From positions 10,264,651 to 10,328,650 of the forward strand of contig JAUZTB010000094.1 in assembly GCA_034780895.1 (NCBI GenBank): DNA of 64,000 nucleotides, in the 5' to 3' direction. How positions within the stretch are numbered: the first letter of the stretch is position 1; each line of letters begins with the position of its first letter. Of this stretch, positions 26,685 through 41,038 are shown in pieces. The position numbers and the translations under genes were made by a program. The DNA comes from Rhynchobatus australiae. Lineage: Eukaryota. The notes under the pieces are model-generated. The model was given only the letters and a program-made list of their open reading frames with translations. It was not told where the DNA came from and did not search any database.

Positions 26685-26786
26685 CATAGTGTACTGCTGG
26701 GGAGGCGAGACTGGCAGGAGAACTTGGGGGCAAGAGGTCGCAGAATACTGGATAGGCTGTGCAGAGGGCTGCAGAGATGGCAAGGG
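26685..26786 (-). CDS. R3HDM2: R3HDM2 coding exon (102 nt, probable cassette): PLPSLQPSAQPIQYSATSCPQVLLPVSPPQQYTM
   Basis: ctttcttag|CCCTTG...ACTATG|gtacat; phase 0 to 0; resembles recalled human PVPALQPSPQPVQFSPSSCPQVLLPVSPPQQYNM; this frame is absent from the ORF track. Confidence 0.92.
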
Positions 26787-29709
26787 CTAAGAAAGCCAAC
26801 AACACAGATAAAGTATTGGAAAAAAAGAAACACAAGGTTAATGTCATCATCATCATCTCTGCACAATAATCAAACAAAAATATTAGAAGTCAAACCAATA
26901 CTTCTTTTCTTTTTAGTAAAGGTATGCATTGCTTTTTTTTTAACCGTTAATCTTTCTGGATCAAGTGCAAATTGCCTTCAAGAAGCTGTTGTCGACAAAG
27001 ACCTCACAGCAGAGTCTGAGGCAATCTGCTCTTAGGTCTTTGCCAATGGTATTCTTCAGCTAGCTGATTAGTGAATTGAATGGCATGGCCCTGTAATAAC
27101 CACCAATCCCCACCACTGAAAAGCCTGATGCTAGTGCTCCATTGTGAAACCTCATGGAGTGGGCTTGCAATAGTAAGATACCAAAAGCAAATCAAATACA
27201 CAAGTTATTAATAAAATTATTTTTGAAAAATACAAATTGGATAACAATAACACATCTGTTTTCTACAGAATGCATCTTTGCACTGAGATGTAGACAGTAC
27301 ATGTGTAGAATTTGCATTTTGAATAGAGAATAGCAACCTAGAGGCTCCTTCAACCAAAGTGGTATCTGAGATAACAAACCAACATGCTATAGATTCTAAT
27401 TTTAAAACTTTTATAAGTTAACAGTTTTGCACAAGTAAAGTTGAATTTGAAAGAGGGAAAATGTCAAGTTACCCTACTGCAGGGAAAATTTGCCAATTTT
27501 TCAGTCAAGTTCAATCTCCACAAACACCAAGGAACAAGAGTTTTTTAAAAACTAATGGGGGTTGGGAAATCAAATTTTTGACTGAAGGTATTCTCTTAAG
27601 ACTGTTCCACTAAGCAAAATCNNNNNNNNNNNNNNNNNNNNNNNNNNNNNNNNNNNNNNNNNNNNNNNNNNNNNNNNNNNNNNNNNNNNNNNNNNNNNNN
27701 NNNNNNNNNNNNNNNNNNNNNNNNNNNNNNNNNNNNNNNNNNNNNNNNNNNNNNNNNNNNNNNNNNNNNNNNNNNNNNNNNNNNNNNNNNNNNNNNNNNN
27801 NNNNNNNNNNNNNNNNNNNNNNNNNNNNNNNNNNNNNNNNNNNNNNNNNNNNNNNNNNNNNNNNNNNNNNNNNNNNNNNNNNNNNNNNNNNNNNNNNNNN
27901 NNNNNNNNNNNNNNNNNNNNNNNNNNNNNNNNNNNNNNNNNNNNNNNNNNNNNNNNNNNNNNNNNNNNNNNNNNNNNNNNNNNNNNNNNNNNNNNNNNNN
28001 NNNNNNNNNNNNNNNNNNNNNNNNNNNNNNNNNNNNNNNNNNNNNNNNNNNNNNNNNNNNNNNNNNNNNNNNNNNNNNNNNNNNNNNNNNNNNNNNNNNN
28101 NNNNNNNNNNNNNNNNNNNNNNNNNNNNNNNNNNNNNNNNNNNNNNNNNNNNNNNNNNNAAGTAGATACATAGCTTTTATTATTCCCTGCCTTGCAATGT
28201 ATTTACAGCCTATTTGATAGTTGATTGTTTGTTATTTTAATACTAGGATATGATTAATACTTGAACACAACAGAGGGAAAAATCATTAATTTCCCAATTA
28301 TTTCTAAGAAATTGGAATGGTTCTCACCAGGCCTTCGCAATCAAATCCTGTGCATATTTGCCAATAACTGAAAGCAGGGCAAGTTGTGAAAATGATTCTG
28401 AAGCTCGCTTTCCAGCATCTGCTCTCAAATTAATACTCCAGCACTCTAAACATCACACACTTAATATGCACTAACTCGGCTTTTACAGTGCAGTGTGAAC
28501 AGAATGTGTTATATCATGGTAAATGAAGTTTATCAGTTCTCCAGGACAGCAATGAAAACCTACTAAAGTTGATCCACACTTAACTTCTACTATACCATGA
28601 ATCTTTGATGTTACTAACTTGTTTGTGCACATAACTTTCTTGAAATTTGTAGCACATTATTGTAGAAGGAAATTTTTCCTCAAGATTATATATTTTTAAT
28701 TATTAATAAAATATAATATAATTTTTAATATATAAGTACCCATACAAGCGTGGATACCAAAGTTTGGAAACATCTATTGTATGCACAAGAATGCTGTTTC
28801 TAGTTGATGTAACTGAAACCAATGGTACGTTGGTGGTTAATAATATTTACCTCTTTCACATTCATAAAAAAACATCCTAGTCAACTCACCTTGCTGCTCA
28901 ACTAGCTTCTGATCCATGTTGTCACAGTCTCTTTAATATCACGTCTTAATTTTATCTACCATTACACAAGGCACTTTATCAAATGGCCTGTGAAAATTCA
29001 CATACACCACGACATTTCTTTTAATTTAACACTTCATGATTTTCTCTTAGGGTTCCACTAAATACGACAGTTACAAGTTGGTCCTTTAAAAATCCATGCT
29101 GTCTGTCCGAAGTTAACCCAAACCTTTCCAGGTTAACTAGCTTTTGTTTTGGCCGAGTCTACTGTTAACCAGTTTATCCTTTTTGAACAAAGGCGTAATT
29201 TTGGTGGGGATAGCTAAAAATCTGATATATAGCCAACACATACATGATTAATAGCAGAATCTTTCCTTACCTCATCAAGCACAATTAATTGGATTTCTAA
29301 TTTGTAGATGATTTAATAATTTACTAAGAAATTCTGTAGTCCAGACCTCCTCCTCAGAAGCCACAAATGGGTGACATTCCCTTCCAAACTGCCCTCTTTC
29401 CGAGAAAATTGACAATCAACTTCAGACGAATGGGTCAGATGAATGGTAAAGTACAAATTTACAGGGTGACACTGAAGCTTCCGATCCCTGCTGGTGTTGA
29501 AACCAGTAACAGGGTAAGGTGGTAATGCCACCTATTGTATTTGAGTCTACTAATTAAATTGGTGAAAAGAAAATCCAGTAAACCACATACAGAACGGAGT
29601 GAGTTATAGACCATGTGCAAACATCAAAGAGAACGCATTAGGATCAATAAGAAGACTGCAGTCTTTACTTCTCCTGAGTCCCAAGTCTTGATATCTATGC
29701 AAAATGGTA

Positions 29710-31200
29710 TTAAAATCGAAATGGACTTCCAGTGCTGATGACTTGTGTACTGGAGTTGGCTGCTACTAGCCAAGCTTTTCCGGTGCAGTGCTGACACTGG
29801 CATCTACCCAATAATGTTGTCATTGCCTTGGTACATCCAATCCTCAGGAAAGGTAAGAGAAATGTAACCTTGCTAATTAATGCCCTATCAAACTCTATCC
29901 AATTAAGCAATACCTACTCACCAAAAACCTGCCCATCTATGTTCAATTTGTATTCCACCGGAATACCACAGTGCTAGATCTCATCACGGACTTGGCCTGA
30001 TGTGTACAGGAGATGAGAGCTAGGAGAGAAATGAGAACAATTGCCCTCCACATTAAAGCAGCATGCAAAGGAGAATGGCATCAATGGAAGTCAAAAGGAA
30101 AACCTAACCAATGCAAAGGAAAGTGCTTTCCATAAAATTCATTCTTCAGCATCTGGGCATCACTGGCAAGGCTGGTATTTATTGCCCATCCCTAAATGCC
30201 CTTAAAGTGAGTGGTTTGTTAGGGCATTTAAGTCAACCGTATTGGTGGGTCTGCAGTCACATATAGGCCAGACTAGGTAAGGATGGCAGATTTCCTTCTT
30301 TGAAGGACACCAATGAGCCAGATGAGTTTTTAATGGCACTCTAGTAGTGTTGTGATTATCACTACTAACGACTTTTTAAAAAAAAACTCCAGATCATTAA
30401 TTGAATTTAAATTCCACAGTTGCTATTGGGATTTAAACTTGGGTTTCTGGATTACTGGTTAGTGCAGATTGCTAGCCCAGTAATTTAACCACTGAGCCAC
30501 CACTTTTTAAATTGCTGGAGGTCAGTTTTCACAGCCTCACATCATCCAATCATGGCTAACTAATGATAGAAAACATTCATGCCTCCCAAGTGATGAACAG
30601 TTACCATCTTGAACAAGAGAAAGCCTTGTTATCATTGCTTGGCTTTCAACAGCATCACTGCTGTGGTGCCTAAGCCAATTACTTTGTAGAGTCACCATGT
30701 GGGTCAGTCACCTTGGCTTGGGGTAGGGAAAGGTTGGGTGCACCATGACAAATGGGTCACCTCCAACAAAGCATGTCCACTGTCAGCAACGTCATAGTAA
30801 CTGCCAGCTGCACACATCAAAAGCACTCAAGAGGTTTTATCATCTAGGACAGTGTGGTTCCCTCGATAGGTGCTCTTGCCAATGGTCACAATATCTATCA
30901 GCTCCACTCGTACCACTGTGGCCAAGTAAATACTGGCTATAAAACGTATTTTTCCAATTTATCAAGGTTATTTTGTCAAAACCTCCCTCCTTTACAACCT
31001 TTACAATCGCAAAGGGCAAAAGTGAGAATGTCATAAGAACACCACTGATTCTACATTCCTCAGCACCCTGGCATGGAGAGAGGACTTCTTTTTCATTGTT
31101 GTTAAGTCAAAACCCTCGAATCCCCCACTAAAATTTATTGGGGGAGCATTATTAGTGCATGGACATCAAAGCAACAACCTACCACTTTTGGAGGGAATAA
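29710..31200 (+). mobile_element. Decayed L2-type LINE pieces interrupted by a SINE-like insert (about 30140-30505)
   Basis: 29725-29815 is homologous to the RT segment at 16720-16830 in opposite orientation; 30545-31200 carries the 3' part. Confidence 0.55.
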
Positions 31201-32379
31201 CCAGCACAAGAGAACAGTGGTTTTAAATGGGGACAAGGGCATGAAAGCTTGTGAAAAGTGAGATTTGGTAGATTAATAACTGGCAAAGTGCCATGATGAA
31301 TTGTGGGCTAAAGGCTAGAAAGCTGGTAATTTGAAAGGACAGAGGTTAGCGACTTGAGAGGTATCTTTCCCAGAGATGTGGGGAAGATACAAGGAAATAA
31401 TCAGAGATTAATGTCTCATCAGTGGCAGTCATGATGATAATAGAGAAAGCACGTGAGATGGTGGCTGTGAATATAGGGAATGATAGGAAAGTTTATACAT
31501 GGAAAGGGATTTGAATAGGAATTGATGATGATGAATTGAAAGTTGAGATGTAGATTGAAATGTAAAGCCACTTGGTGTGGAGGGTGGGTGCAGAAAGCAG
31601 ATTAGATAACTTGGTGAGAAACATTAAGGTACCTGGAACTGTGCTGAAGAACAATAATTTTAATTTCACAAGGAGTGAAATAATGGGAGATACTCATGGG
31701 AGAAGTTGCCAGAATGTGAAACAGAACAAAATGTACTTCAAAGAGAAGGTCAACCCAATCTGACTTGAGCAGGGCACACGGTGGAAAATATAACCACAAG
31801 GATGTGGCACTGAAGGAAGAGGCATCAACACTCCTCAGCCACATCTCAGTGAAGGTTGTACCCTCACTGAGGTGTTGATCAGTGTTGATGTAGATCAATA
31901 TTTACAATAACCTCATGGACAATAAGTGTCTTGTTCACAAGCAGACCTCCCATTGTCAGGAACGAGATGCAGAGCAGGATGCTGGAAGCAGATTTACTGA
32001 CTTAGTCACAGGGTCAGAGCGGACACTGAAGAGAGGATAAGGAGGAATTTCACAAGATTAGCCAAACAGAAGAGAATGGATTGGGGAAATTGGGCTGCTG
32101 TTTAAGACTTTTGGAAGATGCTAAGAGAGGCACAGAGGTAAACAGAAGGATTATTTAAGAGTTAATCTTGGGACAGGAGAGCAAGAAAGGTAACTAGTAA
32201 AGAATGACAGGGTTTTGAACACACAAATGAAGAACAAAGGGGACTATCTTTAAGGAGAGCCTCCTGTGTGCCNNNNNNNNNNNNNNNNNNNNNNNNNNNN
32301 NNNNNNNNNNNNNNNNNNNNNNNNNNNNNNNNNNNNNNNNNNNNNNNNNNNNNNNNNNNNNNNNNNNNNNNNAAAAAAG

Positions 32380-32970
32380 GACACAAAGGACAAATTGAAG
32401 TAACAAACCAGCTTTATAAAACTCTGGTTAGGCCACATCTAGAGTACTGCATTCAATTCTGGTCACCCCATTATAGGAAGGACGTGGAAACTTTGGAGAG
32501 GGTGCAGAAGAGGTTCACCAGGATGCTGCCTGGATTAGAGGCCAGGTGCTACAAGGAGATGTTGGACAAAGATGAGTTGTTTTCTCTGCAGTGGCAGAAG
32601 CTGAGGGGAGACAATGATTTATAAAATTATGAAAGGCATAGATAGACAGCCGGTAATTCAACCCAGGGTCGAAATGTCTAATACTTGAGGGCATGCATTT
32701 AAGGTGAGAAGGGAAAAGTTCAAAGGAGATGTGCAGGGCAAGTTTTTTTTTCACAAATACAGGGAGTCTGGAAAGCACTGCCAGGGGTGATGGTAGAGTC
32801 AGATAAATTAGAGGTGTTTAAGAGACTGTCAGAGAGGCACATGAATATGTAGAGAAAGGAGGGATATGGACCATGTGCAGGCAGAAGGGATTAGGTGTCC
32901 TTAGCTTAATTAGTTCAGCACAACATTGTGGGCTGAAGGGTCGGTTCCTGTGCTGTACTGTTCTATGTTC
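32380..32970 (+). mobile_element. CR1 LINE 3' fragment
   Basis: LYKTLVRPHLEYCIQFWSPHYRKDVETLERVQKRFTRMLPGL; tail cctgtgctgtactgttctatgttc. Confidence 0.92.
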
Positions 32971-33399
32971 AGCCCAGTCTGGTGGTGTAGCTAAAATTTA
33001 CTTACAAACACATTACACATNNNNNNNNNNNNNNNNNNNNNNNNNNNNNNNNNNNNNNNNNNNNNNNNNNNNNNNNAGAAAAGTGAGATTTAGAGGTGGA
33101 AGTTTGATAAGGCTCATGCAAGTTGGATAAAACCAGTGACAAATGATGCCCAGTTGCCAAAATGACTGAGAGAGACCAAAAGCTATTCAATATGCAGAGG
33201 GATGCATATTTGTACTGCCAGTAACTTAAATATTTCCTGTGGCTGCATTGAAGAAATTGGAGACACCACATGTTCCTATAGATGGGCGCAGCTACTCTCT
33301 GCCACCATCAGTCTCTTTATGTTTATATTTGCAACCATTCCCCTTCATTGTGGTGTCCTAGGGAGAATAAAGGAACCATATAGTTTTCAGTGGAACTTT

Positions 33400-33860
33400 G
33401 TTACAGTTAGCATCAACTGAGGCAGTCCCTCTGGATCGAGGATAATTGGCTGCCACTCCAATTTTATTGTTTCTGAGGCAACTTGTGGGACCTGCAGACT
33501 CTGACACAAGTGGAGCAGGAGATGGTTGATAGGATGGGTGTGTGTGTGTGTGTGTGTAGTTTGGGAAGTGGTGAACTACCATTTATGCTGGGCTTCTGTG
33601 CACTCCTGACACATGGATTTGATGTTCTCAGTGCCATCCCAAATGTCTTTTCTCCACTTTGAGCAGTCGTGGGTCAGGGATTCTTAAGAGAGTGGGTGGG
33701 GATGCTGCACTTTTTCCTCCCAAGGAGGTCTTGAGAACATCCTTAAATCTTTTCCTCCATCCACCTGGCAATCTCTTCCTGTGACAGAGCTCAGAATAGA
33801 CTGTTTTGGAGTCTGATGTCAGGCACATGAGCGATGTACACCTACTCTACAGAGCTGACT
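33400..33860 (-). mobile_element. RTE-clade LINE 3' fragment
   Basis: YSELCHRKRLPGGWRKRFKDVLKTSL resembles the RTE ORF tail GGQ.KR.KD.LK.SL. Confidence 0.7.
33538..33557. repeat. (TG)n microsatellite
   Basis: gtgtgtgtgtgtgtgtgtgt seen directly. Confidence 0.9.
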
Positions 33861-36800
33861 GAGTGTAATTAAGGCCTCAATGTTGTAATTATACCAAATT
33901 TTACTAAAGATAATATTGATAATTGCCTGGTCATGCATGGCCTTAGTGGAACTTTTATGGATATGAATTTTTTTTTGTAAAGGAGCCTGAATGCAGCTGA
34001 AGGCAACTTGCGTGTCAGATGACAAAAACCAACCCACTAAACCTATTCCAGTGGAGTAGCTTATGGCTTTGCCAAAACTATACAGTTAAAGGTACAATGG
34101 AAGCAGAGAATACAACCAAGTTAGCTGAAGAAAAACTGCTACAATGATACAAACCCTGGTGCACTGCAAGTAACAATGATGTCTTGATGTATTGCTACGC
34201 TTATAGCTTCTCTTGAACCAATTAAGTTTGGCTCTGCTTTAATAATGTGTGGAGAATACTTTAATGAGGATTTAATAAAGAATACTTTATCCACTATCTA
34301 CAAGTTCTGCCAGAGAACTATGAAGTCTTGCAGTAACTTCTCACCTGTCTATATATCCATACTTACAAAGTGAGTTATGAAACAAAATATCTCAAGTTAT
34401 GCACCTACTTTTCCATCCAAACATAACTTGGAACTGTTGCAGCAGAATTTTCATGTTACGATGAGAAATAGTGATCAAATGCAAAAGGACTTTATTGTGG
34501 CTGTAACTTTACAGCCCTCTAAGGGACTAACCTAACTTAGTGGTGAAATGTTACCTGGATCCAAGCAAATTCTTCCAGGTAAATTTATTGGCAATGCATC
34601 CTTATGCTTGGTGCCACAGTCAGGAGATTAATAATTGTATTTTTCCATGTCAAGAAAGGAAGTCCACCAAAGCTGCAATTGGGGTCTTGCACATGGATTT
34701 TACTAACTCCACAGTGACAACCGTAAATTACGAGGGAAGTGGGCATCACAAACCCATCATAGCTAGTACGGGCAACCAATGTGAAATCTGGAGGAAAAGT
34801 CTGACTCCAGCATCAAGGACCCAAACACGAATAGGTCAAGGCTTTGAGGGATTTGCACACTGAATATCTCTGAAAAATCAGCTTGAGGGAAAACAAAGTC
34901 CCCCTAGAAATGACTTCTAACAACTTCTCACCTAGATGTCTTTAAACTGACAGAGGAGTTCTCAGACAGACCCTGGTAAAATTCCAACTCCAATGATTTT
35001 CCAAGTCAAGAAGGCTAAGTTCCCAAAGCCAGGGCTAATTAAAGACTAATGGCTTTGGTGATCCTCAATCTTTTGGAAAGAGACAAAGACACTTATGTTG
35101 CATTCGGGCCCCAAAACTTTCAGTATAGCAGAGTACGTGCAAGACCTTAATGAAACCTTTTTGAATACAACTTGAATGATTGTTGAGTGACCTCTGTCTG
35201 AAAGGAGGAAGTTTAATGTGATGCTTGGCACTTGCAGGCAGCAAGCACAGAGACCTTTATGGAAATTTCTCAAAGCCACAACTAGGCACTATGCCAAGCT
35301 CAGCATCTACTCCTTTTGCTTTTGGCTTTCTTTAAGCCACACCCCACACCATCTTTGAAGTTTATATGGGATTTAGGAAGACAAAAGTATTTGTGGGGAC
35401 CTTTTAAACAACACAAGGGAAATGTTACATGCATTTTGTGCATCAAAAGTACCTGCCGACATTTCAGGAATTTTGCTATTTTTAAAGCCCTTGATAGAGA
35501 AATTCAGCTTAATTTGATGCAGGCAATAAACTGCATGAATTACAATATATGAAACAACAGCTGTAGAATTTGGGGGTTGGGGAGAAAACAAACAATCTAA
35601 GCTGTGTAAAATAATGTTTTCATTTGAGTCTCATCTCTGGCTTCTTGATTCTGTTCTTTAGCTTACTTTTATGTCTGAACGGTATGAGGGAGTCAAAGCT
35701 CTACCCTGGATTTTTCAGTTTTCATAATCAGATGTTGAGTAATCCATTTCTAGAATTCTGACANNNNNNNNNNNNNNNNNNNNNNNNNNNNNACTTACTC
35801 TTGTCTACCACAGACACACACAAAAGTCATTGATCCATTTAGTGACTGCTCATCAACAAGTGCTTAAATAGCTAGCTTACAGATAAACTTGCAAAACAAA
35901 TGGCAACTAAGTCCCCCTCTGTCACAATACTGATTAATCTATTCCATTGGACAATAAAACATCAAATAAGGGGGACTCTTCTATTGCCTTCTGGTGTGGC
36001 ACTGAACAGTAAACTCCAGGTTTGAGTCCCATTCTCTGATGTTAACCAACTACAGAGCCCTTGGGTTAGAAAGGAACATATAACAATGATAACCAAATCA
36101 TTCCTCACTGCCATTGTGTTGGAAAAGGACATGCTTGGAATTGTTGGGCAAGGACTGGATTACCCTTGACCCCCTTTCCTAGCCATGACATCCCATAAAT
36201 AAGTCATACATGCACCAAAGATCTGATGGAGACAAGTCCTGATGCACGGTCCCAACCCAAAGCATCGCCTATCACAGATGCTGCTCAACCCACTGAGCTC
36301 CTTCAGCAGTTTTTGGACCAAAGGTTTTATATGGCTTATGAAACTGCAAAAGGGTTCAGTGATGGAGGAAAAGACCAAAAACATATCCAACTAGACACCA
36401 ACTTATCCCATTCAGACTTGTTCTGAAAGGTGAACATAATTCTAAAACTTCTGCTTATGTTTTACTAGTTGCTACACGAGAAGTGACACATAACTTAAAA
36501 ATGTTCCGCAACATATTCATAAATAGAACAGAGTGCATGTGAAAATTGATGATCAGCTGCATCATCGTGTTGAGCACATCCATGACAAAATATGAAAAAC
36601 TGCCAACACTTCTGATTAAGAGGCAAGCTGACTGAGACTCCCCAATATCAGGAGAATAAAATAAACCAATAGTAAAGATACAAGTTGGGATCCATGTTTA
36701 TACACAAGTGAAATTCTGAAAATCACATTTTCCTGCATTACATACCGAGACAATAAAATGATTACATTATGAAGTGCTTGTTCCTAATTCTTCACAAATT

Positions 36801-37407
36801 GGCAATCTAAAACATTTTTTGAACTGAAAAGATTAAATTGATTAAAAATGCATTAAAACATTAAGAAATAATTAACGTATTAAAACGTGGTAAGTGAAAA
36901 ATAAATAAATTAACTTATCCTTTTCCTCCTTACTTCCAGGTCGGGACACTGAATCAGATGGGTGACAGCTCTGATCCCATACCACCCCTGGCTGATGTTG
37001 AATCATGGAGATGGCTTTCCCAGAGTAACGCCAAGATACCTCAGCAAATTCAGACTCCACCTCTAGAGATCCTATACCAGCTTTACCCTGCCATAGGACT
37101 GGAGTCACCATTTATTTGGAGGAGAATTCTCAATCTAGGTATTAGGAGGGAAAAGGATATTCAATGTTAGGGGAAAATTGAATTATTGAAGAATCACTTG
37201 AGACCCAGGTCCATTACAAGTCTGAAAGATTTATTGTTTATCCCTGGTGACAGNNNNNNNNNNNNNNNNNNNNNNNNNNNNNNNNNNNNNNNNNNNNNNN
37301 NNNNNNNNNNNNNNNNNNNNNNNNNNNNNNNNNNNNNNNNNNNNNNNNNNNNNCAAATAATCTAATACACTTTACGTTAAGGGGAGCAACACTGAATGGT
37401 GACTCAC

Positions 37408-37562
37408 CTGTGACATCATGTGATTGGTCATTGGCTGTTGCTGAGGAGTGGGTGGCAGTTGCTGCTGTTGTGCAGAATTAGATAGGACAGTCCTCCCAGG
37501 CTGCTGTGCAGAGGCTTGCACAAAACCCGATGAACTTAATTCAGGAGTCCCGAGTGGCAAGC
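37408..37562 (-). CDS. R3HDM2: R3HDM2 coding exon (155 nt): GLPLGTPELSSSGFVQASAQQPGRTVLSNSAQQQQLPPTPQQQPMTNHMMSQ
   Basis: gttctag|GCTTG...TCACAG|gtgagt; phase 1 to 0; LPPTPQQQP..NHM.SQ as in R3HDM2. Confidence 0.93.
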
Positions 37563-38677
37563 CTAGAACAGGAGTCCCAATTCTTATAGCATGGGTGGAA
37601 TGGTCTTACAAAGCTTTACATGGGTGCTGTACTGGCTTAGAAGCAGCTCCCAAACAATCAACATCTACTCACTTTTATTAAATTCCTCCCAGTCACACAA
37701 GCTAAATTCACAGCACTTCAAAATAATAAGGGCCGTGACTTGAAGTGTGTGACGAAAGGAAAGACAGGTAAGATATCGTAACATTGTTACAGAAAACCTC
37801 AAAGTATCATGACATTCTAGAAATGCATTAACTGGCAAAAGATTAAAAGTAGCATAATTAACTGGTTTGGAAGGAATCCTAACTTATTTTCAATTCATTC
37901 TGTTCCCTTTTATAAACATGTACAAAATATAAAACTATGCAATTTTTTCTGTCTCAATTCAAAATCCAAACAGTTCCACCATTTTTTTGTCGTTTCAACT
38001 GATCATGCTAGAAATTCCTGCTAGAAATTGTTAAAAGGAAACAATAACTGCTCCAAGAAAGTACTTTCAATCAAAGGACCCCTAAAACAAAGGTTACAAA
38101 ATAAAGAAATCATTAATTTTCTCTATTTGTTAGCCAGTTTTCCCATTTTGACTTTAAATGGAAATAGATGACATGCCAGGATTTAGCCTTTGTTCTATAC
38201 AAGAGTTGCACCCTGTCAGCGTTCTGACATTTTAAACGTTCAATGGAAGTGAGGTTTTCAGTTGCTTATCAGAGTTTGAAATAAATATAATCCCCAAACA
38301 TCAGGTCACGAGCTATTGGAACTGTCCAATAGAAGCACAAAACAAGCACCTCTCAATGTGGGACAATCCAGTTGAGGGAGTACAGTACTGAAGGGGTGAC
38401 AGCACAAAATGGTGCAATCTGGCAGTGAGGCAGCTCATTACAGCAGTACATCAACATGTCACACTACAGAGTAGCAGGAACAGTTTGTTCCTGTGATTCC
38501 TTGTGTTGAGCTTCAAACTTTAGCCATGTTGCCAGTGGGAGGGTGTTAAATGAAATCTAGACACCTCTCTACAAGGAGGGGAAATAGATGAGATGGCTAC
38601 CCACCCCAGCTACTCAAATAGAATTAGTTAGCATCCGATATATAAAGTGTACTGAGTGAGACCTGAGAAACATGTCA

Positions 38678-39067
<390 letters not shown>

Positions 39068-39892
39068 TCAATCAGAGGCTCTTGCATGCCCTGTTCAAAG
39101 CAACTCACAACAGTGAAGTGTCCTGTTCTACTGCCCTGTTCAATAACACTTCAGTTACCTTGATACATTTAGGTGACTAGGGGAAATAAGCACTGAAGTC
39201 AAAACAAAAACCATTACCTCATTAAATGGCNNNNNNNNNNNNNNNNATGGTCTACACCTGCTTCTCTTATGTTCCTAAAAATTTCCTATTTTTTTTAAAG
39301 AAAAACAGACTTATTGAAGATAAGTCACAAAAAGCAGTTTAAACATTAACTTGGATGATAGAAATATCACACACACTTTCCCACAATGTGGCTGCTATAC
39401 TATTCCACTAGGTTTGCTGATCAGCTATTTCACTATTGCTTGGAATAGATACCTGTGTTTGTGCCTATGTTTTGGTTTTCTTTCTTTAGATACTGAACTT
39501 GCAAATCCATGAGATAATATGAAGCCAACTTGTATAAATCAAGTACCCTATTTTTCATGTGCAATGCTCAAATTTAAAACCATCTTGACAAAAAAAATAT
39601 ACACGCATTCAAATTTCAGGCACCGTTAAGAAGGACAACAAAATTCAGGTAGTATAAAATCATGAATACGCACACAAACTTTAACCTTAAGGCACAGCCT
39701 CAAATTGTTGACATGGATTACAGGCACACTTTTCTCCACAATGTTGATCAGGCACACTCAGACCACAGTGTAAAAGCTAGCAGAGAATATTTTTAAAAGA
39801 GTTATGCTGTTCACATACGAAATACATCAATTTGTTCAATTACATGGAAATGCTCCAACAAACTACTCTCACGGCTTCGTCCTCTCAGCTGT

Positions 39893-40100
39893 TGGTGGCA
39901 CAGCTGTGCAGCTATTAAAGCCACTGCCTCGCAGTGCCAGAGATCTGGGTTCAATCCTGCAGACTGTGTGGAGCTTGCATGTTCCCCATGTGACTATATG
40001 GGTTTCCTCCAGGTACTCCAATTTCCCCTCCCACATTCCAAAGATGGTAGCCACTGCAAACTGCCCCTAGTGTGTTAATGAGCGGTAGAATCTGGGGTGA
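39893..40100 (+). mobile_element. tRNA-derived SINE running into a gap
   Basis: ggtggcacagctgtgcagc...ctgggttcaatcctg...tgtgtggagcttgcatgttcccc...cccacattccaaaga. Confidence 0.8.
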
Positions 40101-40789
40101 NNNNNNNNNNNNNNNNNNNNNNNNNNNNNNNNNNNNNNNNNNNNNNNNNNNNNNNNNNNNNNNNNNNNNNNNNNNNNNNNNNNNNNNNNNNNNNNNNNNN
40201 NNNNNNNNNNNNNNNNNNNNNNNNNNNNNNNNNNNNNNNNNNNNNNNNNNNNNNNNNNNNNNNNNNNNNNNNNNNNNNNNNNNNNNNNNNNNNNNNNNNN
40301 NNNNNNNNNNNNNNNNNNNNNNNNNNNNNNNNNCATTTTCTGTGCGACACAGAGAACCAATAAAGTTGGAAAAAAATAAATTGCTGGATAAATGTGGAAC
40401 CATTTCTCATCAAAATTGGTTGCACTACAGCATAAGAACTTTTTTTTGCCAATCTGGGATTACACTGCAGTTAGGTTTAGCTAACCTTTTAAGAATATAT
40501 AAAACGATCACTCAGTTCTCTTTATAGCTAACCTGGAGCTCTCAAAAAGTACATAAGAGCCCATGTTTTTGTTGCAACTAATTATTTAGTGCTGATTATG
40601 ATTTAAGTCACGAGAAACTGCAAATTGATTGTCAAATTTAAAACCTACTTGATCAACTGAAATTAGTTTTGGAAGTTGGAACCTGTGCACTCTCAGACAT
40701 ACAACAGTAAAATAGAAAGACTTTTCAATGACAGAAGAGTAAACGGAACCATGACAAACACACTGCAAAGCCATCCAACAACAAACACC

Positions 40790-40795
40790 CATGCA
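40790..40795 (-). promoter_or_regulatory. TGCATG (RBFOX-type motif) about 54 nt downstream of the 54-nt exon
   Basis: catgca on the plus strand; function inferred. Confidence 0.45.
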
Positions 40796-40848
40796 CTGGC
40801 ATAGCACTGCTGCTTAGGAAGCTAGAGCTTCAATAAATAGTTGAATAC

Positions 40849-40902
40849 CTAAAAAGCTGCCTCCTTTTTTGCAAAATAGAAGAACTGCCTTCTTTGGAGA
40901 GT
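40849..40902 (-). CDS. R3HDM2: R3HDM2 coding exon (54 nt, probable cassette): LSKEGSSSILQKRRQLFR
   Basis: aatcaacag|ACTCTCC...TTTAG|gtattc; phase 2 to 2; resembles recalled human LSKEAFSSSSHKRRQIFR. Confidence 0.9.
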   Translation of the reverse strand, partial: TLQRRQFFYFAKKEAAF

Positions 40903-41006
40903 CTGTTGATTGTATTACAAAAATAAACATATTTCTGAAAGTCTGCAACATTCATTAGATTAGAATAAATAACTACATATACAAATGCCGCGCAGGTGAC
41001 ACTGAC

Positions 41007-41038
41007 CTGCTCTCCATCAGGTAGCCATTGTACGAGGA
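41007..41038 (-). CDS. R3HDM2: R3HDM2 small coding exon (32 nt): SSYNGYLMESR
   Basis: ctctcttctctttcag|TCCTCGTACAATGGCTACCTGATGGAGAGCAG|gtcagt; supplies the required phase 0 to 2 switch; matches recalled human TGQNGYLNDIR. Confidence 0.9.

Noticed and set aside
26843-26857. (TCA)n run as a NOVA YCAY cluster
   Set aside because: TCAT is on the plus strand; the transcript reads (GAT)n.
26679-27035. Plus-strand 118-aa ORF and overlapping minus-strand ORFs
   Set aside because: These are shadow frames over the real 102-nt exon and its flanks.
27596-28171. Long ORFs made mostly of X (also near 40072, 42637 and 55017)
   Set aside because: They are artefacts of translating through N gaps.
36920-37170. 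Plus-strand acceptor-like tract and 70-aa ORF as an antisense exon
   Set aside because: No recognisable homology or partner exons; such signals are common by chance.
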